The position numbers were made by a program, and so were the translations under genes. A stretch of 64,000 bases of DNA from Podarcis tiliguerta (taxonomy: Eukaryota), in the NCBI GenBank assembly GCA_965153285.1, contig OZ229110.1. One strand, 5' to 3'. The stretch's first letter is position 1. Each line of letters starts with the position of its first letter. Below, one piece after another: positions 24,450 through 37,902 of this stretch. The notes beneath the pieces are model-generated. The model made no database searches. It saw only the letters and a program-made list of their open reading frames with translations, and was not told where the DNA came from.

Positions 24450-26595
24450 TACTTACACATTGCTGTCATTCACTGGTCTGTGTGTATGTGTGATAAAATT
24501 ATGGATAATACTTTGTGCTGGTATTGTTACCACAAATGTTTGACTTTATTCAGGTTAGCAAATCTGCGCATGACATTATTCCTCTGCATGACATTATTCC
24601 TTCAATTAAATATAATTATTAACCTGTTTCGTTCTTTTATGCCTTTCCAAAAAATAGTTGCGCGTCAACTGTGTTTTGGTTGGTAGGTAGGTATATGAAA
24701 TCATTTATGTGCTATGAGCTGTATTCAGCTAAATTGTTGCACTAGCAAATGCCAGCCAAAGGATTCCTGCTAGTACAACAGGACTTGCCTCAGTCTCCTC
24801 ACCCCTTATGCATTCTACACCATGCTCAAATCTTCTCCATGCTCAAACCCCAGAACAGATTTAAGGGACACACGGTGGGGGCGAGGAGAGAGAGCAGGAG
24901 AAGGTTCCATCACACAAGAAAAACCCTTGCCCTTAATGGAACCTTAGCCTTAGCTCTACATCGTATACTACCCTCTATGTTGTATAGAACCCTTACCACT
25001 TTCATCCAGAACGTTGTTATACCTTAAGAGCTATATTTTTTGACTAAAACATATAATGAGTATATCACTTTGGGTTCTTTCCAATGCTGTGCCGTCCCAT
25101 TTGCACAACAGACTTCCACTTGGGCAACTGAACTTCCTCCTACTCCATTCTTCTCCCTTGTAGCCCTTCACCCTCCCTCAACATCTGCTCTAGAGACATA
25201 TTTAGGGGGCACATAAGGAAATGAAGGGTAGTCCCATTGTGTAAATAGAGCTCCACATACACAGTGTTGAGTACAACCCTTAATATTTAAAAATGCTTTC
25301 CAAAACTACCTGCATTGATGAAGTAACCTTTAAGCCTTTAGCTTACTGGTTTAATATGTTTATTTTTAACTTGATTACAGTAAATGATTACAGAAAGCTT
25401 GATATAACAGCAGTATTTATTCTGAATGACTGGCATCTTTCCCCCATTTTCGAGTTCAGCACTACTCTTGTATTCCAAGTTACGTGGTCAATGAACATTT
25501 CATTTCAATGAGTCAGTTGGAAACCTTGCCTGCTCGACTTGGATGTACAGCTCTAGTTACCATCTTTTTGATTGTATAATCCAGTGCACTGAATAGGGCT
25601 CCTTCACATACACCCAGCTACGTGGAAACACCTTTTCCCATGATATTGCTTGCTGCCGCTGGAGACCATGTGTGAATACCAAAACAACATGGGCAGGACT
25701 GAACCTCTGGGTCTTTTGCACATACTCCTGCCCTGGCGGAATACCGATTGAGTGCAAAATGCTCCTTCAATTGACTCAACTTATGTGGCTGCAGTATTCT
25801 TGCAAGCTTCCCTGTGTGACAAGAAGAGCTGTACTTCTTGTGTGAAAAGATAATAACATCACCTATCTTGACACCGACTTTGGTATTGTGAGCAGTTGGA
25901 GATTTAAATGCTAATAATGTCAATCCCAATAAAGATGCTGCCTAGCTCAGGGATGAGGATGAAGAGATGATAGTAGAGTAGAGATGAGGAAATTCCAGCT
26001 GTACTTCTGCAAATTGGTCATCATTGCAAATCTCTACATATTTTGTCTTGCATAAGCCTTCCCCCCTTTCTCCTTCATAGGTGGACCAGAGTAGAGGTGT
26101 TTTGGTGACTAGTGGTTTTCCATCTCCTGTCTTGTTCTCCATTTTCCCCTTGTATTTACATCTCCTCTTAAAAAGGCATCCAGATTTCTGGGTTGGTCTT
26201 GTTTGTTCTTTGCTGTTATCTGCAAAAGAATGGGAGAAAAGAAAACATTATTATTGTGGAATGCATTAAAAAAAAAAAAAAAGACTTTCCATTCTGGTAG
26301 ACTCTAGAGGATGCAAGTATTCTGCTTTATATACTCTCAGTTAATAGCATATCATTTCTAAATCACTGTTTTCCTATAGCAACAGCAGAAATATGTTTTG
26401 AGTTTCAGATTTATGGTACTATAAAAACACCCCTGCTATGAAGATAAGTAATTAGAACTGTTTCTGACTACATGATTGTCTAAGAGATCATTCTGTTCTT
26501 CTGCTAATGATTAGTATATTAATTGTACAAATTGGGGCAGGTGGACTGTTTATCTTGAAACTATGTATCTTAATTTCTTGCTCTCTTTTATACAG

Positions 26596-26654
26596 ATGAT
26601 ATTAAAGTGTCAGTGAATGACTTTATTATCAAAGCAACAGCAGTTACCCTGAAA
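26596..26654 (+). CDS. PDHX: PDHX exon 8 (DIKVSVNDFIIKATAVTLK)
   Basis: Acceptor ttatacag|AT, donor AAA|gtaagt, 59 nt. SVNDFIIKA motif. Confidence 0.96.
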
Positions 26655-27877
26655 GTAAGTAACCATTCTTTAATTATAGTTGTAGATTTTCTGTGTTCAA
26701 TAATGGTAAGTGCTGTGTTGAGTTAGGCTTAACTGAAGGTTTGGTGCCTTGGAAGTGAGCTCAAAATCAGTTTCCCCTTTCTCTGTTCTTCTGGAATATC
26801 TGCTAGCTTCAGAAGTAGTTTCTTAGTCACCATTCAGATAGACATTCTCTTAATGGTGAGATTACAGCTTCTGTGTTGTTGCCATACCAGAGACCATCTA
26901 GAGCATCCCTCAAACTGGTACCTTTCATATGTTTTAGACTACAGCTCCTATCCATCCCAGCCAATTTGGCTAGTGGCCTTGCTTCCAGGTGGGGGAAGGC
27001 TGATCTAAATTCTTCTACACACATGGACTACTATTGTTTCAAGGTTATCCAGTCTTCGGATTAAGATCATCTTTAAACCTTTGTTACCAATTAGACAGCA
27101 CTACTGGGAGCAAACTCGTAGAATTTAAGCACATCTTGCCTTGAATATGGTTTGGTATGGCAACTAGTACAGGTGCCTGCACTACCATGAATAACAAAAT
27201 GGGACAGATTCCCACTCCCCATTCAGATCTTCTTCTGACCAACAGCACCTCTGTCTGATCTGGATTAACCCTCATTATCTTAGCCCACATCCAATTCATC
27301 ATTGTATCTGGTTGTGAATGAATAAATGCAACCCCACCACCTGCAACTGCCAAAAAAAGTACCATATGTTTGAACATAGGTTTATGTTTACATAGCAGCA
27401 TAAAATGCAACATTTTCTTACTGCTCTGTTTTTCAGTTCTAGCACTATGCAAAGCAAATCCTGTGGGGACTGCTATCTTGGATAGGATTTGAGAGTGTCA
27501 TCTTCAATTAAAATTATGTTCCTCATATGTGGGCATCTTCTTCCTTAAGAGGAAGCTAAAATATTTTCCCATTATTCTGGGATTTCCAGTTCACTTGATC
27601 TTTATCAGCTCACTGAATTTGTAAGAAAGATGTGCTAGTTTTATTTGGCCTTCATGCAGAAAGCATTGTCAGTGAAGGCGCCTTTCTGTTGAATATTTGT
27701 GAGTATCTTTTCCAACTCACAAGCTGTCCAACACACTCCTCTGCGTGCTCCACTCTGCGCAGCGTTGTTAAGCCTTTTGAGGAGACAATCGCTGATGCAA
27801 TAAACTCACTTCACACCCACGATTCAGGCAGTAAGTTGTAATGCTGGTTTACAGCTTAATGGTTCAGTACATCAGTA

Positions 27878-28254
27878 GGGGAGCAGGTGGTGTTGTGGTC
27901 TAAACCACTGAGCCTCTTGGGCTTGCCGACTGGAAGATTGGCGGTTCGAATCCCCATGACGGGGTGAGCTCCCATTGCTCTGTCCCAGCTTCTGCCAACC
28001 TAGCAGTTCGAAAGACACCAGTGCAAGTAGATGAATAGGTGGCGGGAAGGCAAACAATGTTTCCGTGCTCTCTGGCTTCCGTCACAGTGTTCCATTGTGC
28101 CAGAAGCGGTTTAGTCATGCTGACTACATGACCCGGAAAGCTGTCTGTGGACAAACGCAGGCTCCCTCGGCCTGAAGCGAGATGAGCGCCACACCCCATA
28201 GTCACCTTTGGCAGGACTTAACCGTCCAAAAGTCCTTTACCTTTTTACCTTTTT
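27878..28254 (+). mobile_element. Sauria SINE, more diverged variant
   Basis: Head, box B and cctttacc tail. TSD tacatcagtag/tacatcattag. Confidence 0.9.
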
Positions 28255-28732
28255 TACATCATTAGCCCATAAATCAGTCACTAGCATGATGTTAGTACAG
28301 CCTTTTAAACTCTCCAACAGCAGCCCTACAGAGGATGCCCTGCAGTAATCCAAATGAGACTTTGCTGAGGGCTGCAGTGTGCTAGCCAAGTCCAGATCCT
28401 CTGAGACAGAGCAGCTCATGGTAGAAAGCATTACTGGCTTCCTTTTTTATCCAGGTGCTAAACTAGATAAAAAATATTCCTCAACTGGAAACTTTATCTG
28501 TCAGCACTGTCTAGAACAGCCAAACACCTGTCTTCCAGTTGAACCAATTATCAACATCCTTGCCTGGATCCCCCTCAGACCTGGCGCCAGGCAAGACATC
28601 TACCAATAGCCTGCTTTATCCAAATTCAGTTTCAGTTTCTTAGCCCATGACATTGAGAGATCTTTTTGTCATTAACTGAGTCTTCCTTTCATCCAGGGAA
28701 GTAGAAAATAAGCTAATTGATGTTGATGATGG

Positions 28733-29097
28733 GGCTGACCTTTAAAACCCTAAACAGCCTCGGTCCTGTATACCTGAAGGAGCATCTCCACCCCCATCGT
28801 TCAGCTTGGACACTGAGGTCCGGCACCAAGGGCCTTCTGGCAGTTCCCTCCCTGCAAGAAGTGAGGTTACAGGGAAGCAGGCAGAGGGCCTTCTCAGTAG
28901 TGGCCCCCGCCCTGTGGAACGCCCTCCCATCAGATGTCAAGGAAATAAACAACTATATGACATTTAGAAGACATCTGAAGGCAGCCCTGTTCAGGGAAGT
29001 TTTTAATGACTGATGTTTTAATGTATTTTTAACCTTCAGTTGGAAGCCTCGCAGAGTGGCTAGGGAAACCCAGCCAGATGGTGGGGTAGAAATAATA

Positions 29098-29131
<34 letters not shown>
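28733..29131 (+). mobile_element. L2-clade LINE 3' end with (TAT)n tail
   Basis: TFKTLNSLGPVYLKE...RAFSVVAPALWNALP...FRRHLKAALF in ORF 28717..29013; TAT repeat at ~29097-29131. Confidence 0.88.
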
Positions 29132-29133
<2 letters not shown>

Positions 29134-30303
29134 ATGTTCCAACTTCAATCCTAGGAGACTTTTCAAAGGGTCGTGTTCCACTTCTTTCAAGCAAGTTTCC
29201 ATATGTGTGGTGACTTGTGTCTGAAAAGGGAAACTTGCAAATGGCAGCTACTGGGGATACATATAAACATTACATGAGCCAGGAATGAACAGGCTGTAGG
29301 CTTGGGGAATCTACCTTGTGTTTTACTAGAAGCCCCAGATCCTTCAACCAGAGCCTAGAATTGAAGTATTCTGAGTTCAGGCATTTGAATATCAGAATTG
29401 AACGGAGCTCATATTCCTTCCATGTACATAAAATCCGCTGTTGGTGGGAAAAATATTTTTGATTTGCTCTTGTTAAACAATTAGGAAGTAGAAATCCTTT
29501 CCAATCTACTGCTTTAGGCACACATATGTCTTGCTCAGTCCATTTGTGTGACCAGCATTGGGAAAATTTCACAAGTAGAATTCATCATGTACAGGTTTTA
29601 AATAAATTAGTTACATTAGCTTGATGGAAGCTATGAATATGGGAACATGAGTGGGGGGAAATGAGAACATTCTCATACAAAATATCCATTTGTATCCAAA
29701 GCAAAAAAAACACCACCCCTTAATCTAATTTTAAAATGTGAAATTTAATTCTGACATTAACAAGTTTCAAATTAGTCAAATTTTGTTTTACATTTAGAGC
29801 AGATGCTGCTAACAAGGATATGTCGATGTGAGTTTTTCTTCTTTTTAACATTGAACTTGTATTTTCTCCTATGAATCAAGTGGCAACAGAAAATCCATAT
29901 GTACTTCCTTATGATTGGGGCAGCAGTCACAATTCTTGTTTCCAAGGCATCTGCAAGTTGAGGGTTGATATCCGATGGGATTGGAGTCTGTTAATAATTC
30001 ACTAGCAGTTCAGAAACCATGTATTTTTTGGCTGCCTGCAGCTGTGCAATTTCCAGTGTACTGTACATTCATGCCTTGTGACAAAGTAGGTATACATGGA
30101 TGCTAGCTAATAAGATAGGTCTATTTTTAGACTCACATGGCAGATCTTTTGTTATTATTAACCTTGTCTTGCTTAAGGCAAACCTTTCCACATATGTGAA
30201 TTCCTCCATCACCACACATTCTAAAGGATTTTCCTTTTCCTTGGTAATTGGTTATGCCATTATTCTTTTAACAGCTGCACCTCCCTCTGTTTCCTTCTTC
30301 CAG

Positions 30304-30462
30304 CAAATGCCAGATGTGAATGTGACCTGGGATGGAGAGGGCCCCCGGCAGCAGCAATCTGTAGACATCTCTATCGCTGTGGCAACAGACCGAGGTCTCA
30401 TTACACCAATCATAAAAGATGCTGCAGCCAAGGGAGTTCAGGAAATTGCAGCTTCTGCAAAG
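30304..30462 (+). CDS. PDHX: PDHX exon 9 ([53 protein letters not shown])
   Basis: Acceptor cttccag|CAA, donor AAG|gtaggt, 159 nt. Confidence 0.96.
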
Positions 30463-33323
30463 GTAGGTATTCCACATACATGGTGGTAATCTTTCGGAGC
30501 ATAATGGCATTTAGATGTGCAACCAAAGACATAGTGTGCCTCGGAAAAAACACACTGCTTTAAAGCTGCTTCTCTGTTGGATATGAGACATCTGTGATGA
30601 AGTCCCATTCCACAGGAGTTACTGTGTTTTGCTTTTGGCAGGCATTCAGGGATTTTAAGTGAAATTAAAATCAACAAATACATTTTGTTTCTGGCCTACA
30701 TTTATTTAAAGTTCCCCAGAGGGAGGCTAATTTTGAGTTCTTTTGTGGAAGTTGGGGGCTGCACATGCTGTTCCTTTCTTCTTGCGGTAGGTCATCATTA
30801 TTAATCCCATTCTGCATACAGGAGCCTGATGCTCTGAGATCGAGTCTCGCCTAGGCCATTCTAGTGAGTTCATCAGAATAGTGAAATTTGTATCGGACTC
30901 TTTATGATTTGCCTTTCAGGCTTTTAGCCACTGTGCTGCACCAACTTCACAAAAGCTGGCAGTATGGAAAATGGAGGATTTCTTAAGATTAGTTAGAATC
31001 GCCACAGAGGTCATTAAAACCCTAGCTAGTGCACTAGAATCCACCTCAGTATGGATGTTGAAATCACCCAGAACTATTGATATGGGCTCCGCCAACACCA
31101 TTCCGCAAATAAGTTTTCATTACCCTTTGAGAGAGAGGTTTAAACGTCTGTGTATTTTAGAAAAAAAACAATAGGCAAAATACCTTGATCCTTGCCCACA
31201 TTTAGGCCTGTCCTCAACTCTTTGCTTATTGAAGTATTATAAACCACAACAATGGAATGATTTGGAAGATTTTATTTTGCCAGTAATCACCATGGGGTTG
31301 TAAGTAATAATTAAAAAATCAATTAGGAAGAAGAGTGTGCTTTTCTTTATTTTCCTGCTTGCCAGGTATAGTAACTGTTACAGTAATTCTGAAAGGATGA
31401 TCAATGAAGGCAATTTCATCAGAGACGCATTTAAATTTCAATGGAAACATATATTTTTATCTCCAGCAATAAGCAACTAGGCAATGCAATATAGGCCAAG
31501 TATAGTCATCCATATCTCAGTTCAGTAACCAAGACTGCAATTCTAACCCAGAGAAACAGACCCAGAGAAACCTATGCATATCTGTAGTGTTCTTTTTGTT
31601 TTTGTGTTTTTGCTGAAAGGAATGTAGACCATTTCATTTTGTTGATCTTTACTCCTTAGCTTCCTGCCACAGGGTTGTGCGATTTTACTTTGTTTTTTCT
31701 TTGATAAATGTTTGATAGTGTTGTACTCATCTGTAAAACTGTATGCATGTCATCATCTTAATTCACAAAGTATATTTTAGTTCTACAATGAGCCACTGGA
31801 GCATAATCTTAAATGAAACTATTGCAGATTTCTTCTCCTGTGTTTATGTAAAACCTAACAACTTGTCTATCATAATTCTAATGTGCAGCAGGAAGTAGGC
31901 ATTCATAGTAAGAGGTATTAATCTACAAGTATCTACTAGGCCAATATATTTCCATAAAGATAATGGATGGATTTCGGAAATCTGAGACTTCCATCTGTAA
32001 CAATAAGCTTTGCTATTAATATCTTTAGCAGAATTCCAATCCCATCTTAAGGCTACTGGGGCATTCTTTACTGCCAGATATTTTCAAATAAAAGGTGCAT
32101 TACCAGCACTGTAGTTATAAACGCTTGTCAAGATTAATATTTTTGCTTTGAACATAAGCATGTATTATCCCTCTCAGTATTGTCAGTATTGTCATGACCT
32201 GAATATATTGAAGGGCTAGGTCTGGTCAATAGAACTGTCCCCTAATGCACTGGGATTCTTATAACAGATGTAACATTGCTTTGGCATAGCTGAGCACAGT
32301 ATTGGACTGTAAGGACTTACATATATCACTGTGAATTGAGTTTACAGTGTTATCTTTATCACAGCTGAGCTGAATATTCCTCAATTTTAATTTTCTATAA
32401 TTTCTTCCTCTCTCTCTGGCAACCTCTTGGATACCTTTTATTTCATTCTCCTTTAGTAAACTGAGATAGATTATGTAAGTGGTCTAAGTGATCTTTGAAT
32501 CTCTGCGTGCATTGATGTTTTATATTGAAATTGCCATGGCCATGGTGGCAAGGCAGTAAAAACAAATATTTCCCATAATTGTGGGGAATTTTCAGTGACA
32601 CATGTCTCTCAAATGCATTTTTTGCACCATTACTTTTTAACTGCTATAAATCTGAAAAATTGAAATTTCCATTCCAATTGTATATTGTCCGTATCTTGTT
32701 TCTGAAAAATGCACTTTCAGACAGTGATGTCATGTGTAGATATCTCATGCATCCAAATATGTCATATGAAATCATAGGAAATGGTAATTTTTCATGAGTC
32801 TTGTTGCCTCCTAGAAGGAATGATTTGACACTTTGTTAGCTCCACCCATCAGCTGTGAATCATATAACAGGACTTACATTTTCCTCTCATTTTTGGTTGG
32901 AAAAATAGTTGGGTGAAATTTCCTGTCAGCGTTAGAATTAATGGCTACTTACAATGAGATCAGACTATTTCATCTATAGGTTGTAGGCAAGGCAGTGCTG
33001 ACAGTTGAATAACTAACACAAGCTACACATAACAGAAAATGTTGTCTGAGACTATTCTAAAGCTAATTGAGGGATCAGCACAGAAATTTCTCTGCTACCT
33101 CCAAATGTATATTCCTACTTTGGAGGCCTATTCCCAGAATATACAAATTTAATAGTTTTGCTAACACAAATTACAGCATCTGCTTGAATTTATTGATATT
33201 AATTAAACTGAACTATTTATACAAGCACAATATGTTAAGAGCATATTTATTTCACAAATACAATTAACTTTGCTAAAAGATATTCTTAAATTACTAACAT
33301 ATGTTTGGATTTGATTTCCATAG

Positions 33324-33473
<150 letters not shown>

Positions 33474-33654
33474 TAGTCTGTAAGTGAAGCACTAAACTTG
33501 GTTTATCTAGCTTTTTGTAATCTTAGACTGTGTTCAGATGTACCTACAAATAGCACATCTGGCATACTGCATGAGCTTAGCTTAACTCCCCTCATAACAT
33601 TCATATTTGTTCAGAATGCATTGCTGATTTTCATTTCACCCTCACTCCATGCTG

Positions 33655-33795
33655 CGGGAAGCATGACTGTCAGCAGCTCTTCCAAGTTTCTCACGGGAGA
33701 CACTCCCAGGCCTACCTGGAGATGCTGAGATTTGAAACTGGGATTTCCTGAATTCAAAGCAGATATTCTGCCACTGAGCTGCATCCCTTCCCCTT
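33655..33795 (-). mobile_element. Old tRNA-derived SINE remnant (Squam-like)
   Basis: Minus strand gcagctcagtggcagaatatctgctttg...gtttcaaatc shows decayed box A and box B. Confidence 0.6.
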
Positions 33796-34089
33796 AGCAG
33801 CATAGAGTATACAGAGAGAGCAGCGCAATTCCACTGACTCAAAAATATTAAGTACAATCCAGTCTCTGGTCATGTGGCTGGTCATGGACAATATTGCACT
33901 ATAAATCTGTTGTTTTTCCTAGACTCTGGATAATGGTCCCCATCAATGTCATCAAAATTCATACATAACATGTCAGAGGAGTAATCTCTATAGAATTGTT
34001 TCTTGAATGCAAACCTCTAGCTTTATTATGAACAACTGGTGACTCCCAATAATGTTTAGGATGCACTAGTAATGAAGGTACCAGCTAAT

Positions 34090-34450
34090 AGGTAAAGGTA
34101 CCCCTGCCCGTACGGGCCAGTCATGTCCGACTCTAGGGTTGCGTGCTCATTTCGCTCTAGAGGCCATGAGCCGGCACCGTCCGAAGACACTTCCGGGTCA
34201 CGTGGCCAGCGTGACGAAGCTGCTCTGGCGAACCTGCACCAGCGCAGCACACGGAAACGCCGTTTACCTTCCCGCTATAAAGCGGTACCTATTTATCTAC
34301 TTGCACTTAAGAGTGCTTTTGAACTGCTAGGTGGGCAGGAGCTGGGACCGAACGATGGGAGCTCACCCTGCCACGGGGATTCGAACCGCCGACCATACAA
34401 TCGGCAAGTCCTAGGCACTGAGGTTTTACCCACAGCGCCACCCGCGTCCC
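34090..34450 (-). mobile_element. Sauria SINE, full length, same subfamily as 2715-3088
   Basis: Near-identical to the 2715 copy; CpGs largely intact. Confidence 0.93.
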
Positions 34451-36159
34451 TAATATACCTTGTTTAATTGGGATATGGTTCTGTAAAACACAGCGCCTTT
34501 TCTTTTCTTGTGAGGGGTTTTCAGATTAGAAAATTACTCCTTGAACATAAACAGGTATTTCATTAAAACTGTTTAAAGGCTAATGGGGACATAGCAGAGC
34601 AAGAATATAGACCCTAGTTGGCAGGAAAAGCTTCAATGTTGAGAGATGTTTCACATAAATTTAAGAATTTCATCATATCTAAATGAGTGTCCTAGAGTTG
34701 GCCAGGAGGAATGTCCATTGTTAGCTTATTCCCAAGTTGAATAGTGCAATAGAGTGAGTTTAATATTTAATTTTTAAAAAATTGTGGGGTGGGGGTTGGT
34801 GTAGCATGCTGCGTAAAGGGTTTCAGAACCCCAGGAAATTACAGCTGCTGAGGCCACAGCCTTAACTGATGCGTTATTGAGGCAATATTAATACGCCATG
34901 GTATCCTATGCTTTGATTAATTTCACCTTGGATGCTTGACGTTACCCCAGCTTCCAATCTCTTGGCCCATCTGCACTTTGAATTCTGCAAGGCTGAGACC
35001 TATTCTGTAACATTCTTGCCTAGCAACAGCAGACTTCTGTACTTCCAGAGGCTAAGATTGGCCAGAATGAAGTTGTATATATGATGCTGAGCAAAGATGA
35101 TAACCTAAAAAGAGCCTTCTGTTTAGATGGACCTTCAGGGGTAAATGCTGATTTCCTGTTGGCTTCCATTCCCCTTTCTTGTTTTCTGTTCTGAAGATCT
35201 TTGTGAGAAATCCTAGACGGTAGGAATATAGGGTGCATGGAAACCCCATTACAGCTGCTTGGTACAAAGGATACACTTTATTATAATTTCCAGGACCATC
35301 CCATGTTCTACAAAATTGTGAAAGGAAATGGCAGTGACAGTGTTTCCCACCCCTGCCCCCCACTAGAATTGTCATGTTCAATTTATGGCAGGGAAGAGTC
35401 TTCTTATTTAGCAGGGAGAAGTTGTGTTAAATCAGAGTTACTGAATACCTGCATAAGCAGCCAGGAAACCTTTTTCTCACTTTACCAGATGTTCCTAGCA
35501 TTACTTCCACTGCTGTGTAGCAGCCAAGGTTGCTTTCTCTACTCTTGGATTCATTCTGACATTACCTCAGCTGAAGAGACAGGATAAATCACACTGTAGC
35601 CAATGTGTTTTTAAGAATCTATTGCTATGTTTCTCATAACGCTAGTAAGCCAAAGAAGGTAGTTACATCCTAGAGTCTTAAATATTCTGAATTTGCAGTA
35701 GTTAATAGTGATGAACAGGTTCAAAGTTTGGTTGGAAATTGGTTGGTTGTATTATTTTCTGCATCCATGCCTATTCCAGAATCTGTTTAGGAGACTCCAT
35801 GCCGTAGAACAAAGCTTTCCTCCAAAAGTCCACTATCACGACTCCATGGCCTATTTTTAGCTAACAGTGCAACCCTACACATTTCTGCTGCAAAGTACGC
35901 CCCACTGAGTTAGCTGAATTTAAACCAGCCCCAGCACACTGCCATCTCAGCCAGTGATGACAAATGAGAGCAAGAGAGAGAAAGGTGCCTGGTGGCAAAT
36001 GATGAGATGGGAAAAAACTTGAGGGGGTATGACTCTCTGTATATAGTTTTCAGACTGAAGTAAACAACAAAAAAACACGAAAAACTGTCATTTAAATTCA
36101 ACTCAGTGTTGATCCAGAGTAGATTCCAATGCATAGTTAGCAAAGTAACAACTTAAACA

Positions 36160-36651
36160 TGTTGCAGGATTCCTAAAAAATAGACCAAAGGCAATTGTAT
36201 TTCATCCAGCAGAGCTTTGCTGCTACTAAAGGCAAATAAGCAGAATGGTCACAAATCCAATACATTCAGGATTGGTAATGTCCATAAGAAACCCAGTTGC
36301 AGCAGATTTAAACTTACAATAACTTATAATTAGTCTAAAAGTTTAACACTAAGCATACTATGTACAGAACACTACACCAGAAGGAAAAGAGATAGAAAGA
36401 GAAAGTGAAACTCAGGCTCCTTCTGGCCTTACTTTTATAGTCAGCATGACCTTGATTGAAGAGATAAGACAACCAGTTTAAGCCATCTCTACTCAGCTTC
36501 TCTGAAGGTATAACCCAAACATCATGAACCTTCTTTCACACAGAGAGGCTTCCAGAACCCTCTTGAATTAAGTAGAATAGGAAAGATCTCTACACTTCAG
36601 ATCAATACTTTCCGCACTAAGAAATGCAGACTGACAAAAACAACCCCAACT
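36160..36651 (-). mobile_element. Possible solo LTR (~490 bp)
   Basis: Ends tgttg...ccaac, TATAAAA on the - strand near 36433-36439, strand composition opposite to the surrounding intron. No clear TSD. Confidence 0.45.
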
Positions 36652-36962
36652 AGTCTCCTTTTAGTTCATCACGTACTAACAAAATCAAACTGATACTAAT
36701 ACTAAAGTTATATTAATATAGGGAAATGGTGTATTTCTTTGTGTGTGGTTTTTATTCATCCTTATTCTTTATTCTAAACCTTTGGTTTTAATTCATTAAG
36801 TTAAATTTCTAACTCCATATGTTTATGGAGATACATAAACTTTTTTCTGTGTCTAAATGAATCCTTAGTAATTTCCTAAATATGTTTTCAAAGTGCCTTC
36901 TTCATACTTATCCTTCCCCCCAATATTTGTTTGTCTGTCTTCTTTTTCCCTTCCACCAATAG

Positions 36963-37227
36963 CATTTCAAATCTAGGCATGTTTGGCATCAGTAGCTTCA
37001 TTGCTGTCATAAACCCTCCACAAGCCTGTATCTTAGCTGTGGGACGAACGCGGACAGAACTCGCAGTTGCGGTGGATGACGAAGGGAATGAGAAGCTTCA
37101 GCAGCATCAGCTGATGACAGTAACGCTATCAAGTGATGGCCGAGTAGTAGACGATGAACTAGCTTCACAATTTCTGGAGAGACTTAAAAGCAATTTGGAG
37201 AATCCAGTTCGCCTTGCCTTGAGCTAA
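36963..37227 (+). CDS. PDHX: PDHX exon 11, coding part ([27 protein letters not shown]...ENPVRLALS*)
   Basis: Acceptor caccaatag|C, TAA at 37225-37227. SSDGRVVDD in place of the catalytic DHRxxDG identifies E3BP rather than DLAT. Confidence 0.97.
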
Positions 37228-37896
37228 AATGGTCAAAATTTGGTCCTCTGCTTGGCAATATAGGGGACTGAACTGCAAAAGAAAGAAAACCAGGTACAAA
37301 AGATAAGAAGATAAATGCTTAGTGAGACATGGACAATTAAACAGCTTATTTATTTGAACTGACTTGAAACACTTTCAAAGATTTCCAGATCTTGGTTTTT
37401 ATATGCTAAATACTGTTATTGAACATGCTGAATTTATCAAACTGTTTAAGCAATTGCACAACAGGGTGGCTATATCAGATGTGGATATCTTCAATATGCC
37501 TGAATGCATATTGAATGGGTGAAAAGCAGTAAAAGAGAACAAAACCATCCTTTCTTTCATTTTTTTTTCAGACTGAAAACAGTTGAAAGCATTTTCAAAT
37601 ACCATTTTCAGTCTAGCAGATTGTCTGTGTCAGTTATGCAGCTGTTTAATAGAGAAAGAGAGTGTTCCCATTAAAACTAGGATTCATCCATGTGAACCTG
37701 GAATTTTTGTTGGGAATTCTTTGTATTGGTTCTCTGCTTACTGTATATGTAATGGCTGTACTGGTATGATAGTTTTGAGAAGTTAAGAGTAATAGTGAGT
37801 CATGTCTAAAGTGTAAAACAGATATAAATGGGGGAAATGTGTATAAATATTTATAACAATGTAATGCCCAGTGCTGACTTCAGAAGAACAAATTGC

Positions 37897-37902
37897 ATTA
37901 AA
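37897..37902 (+). promoter_or_regulatory. Probable PDHX poly(A) signal ATTAAA (3'UTR ~37228-37925)
   Basis: Three upstream TGTA motifs (~37812-37863) and a U/GU-rich tract at ~37925-37970. Alternative signals: ATTAAA 37336 and 37670, AATAAA 39226 and 39275. Confidence 0.55.

Noticed and set aside
24568-24601. Short direct duplications (catgacattattcct x2; similar at ~11835, ~22180, ~32175)
   Set aside because: Ordinary replication-slippage duplications.
30100-30303. Hydrophobic N-terminal extension of the exon 9 ORF
   Set aside because: Translation of intron and polypyrimidine tract; homology starts at QMPDV.
36931-37227. Assignment to DLAT, DLST or DBT
   Set aside because: Catalytic His absent, and exon peptides and sizes match PDHX.
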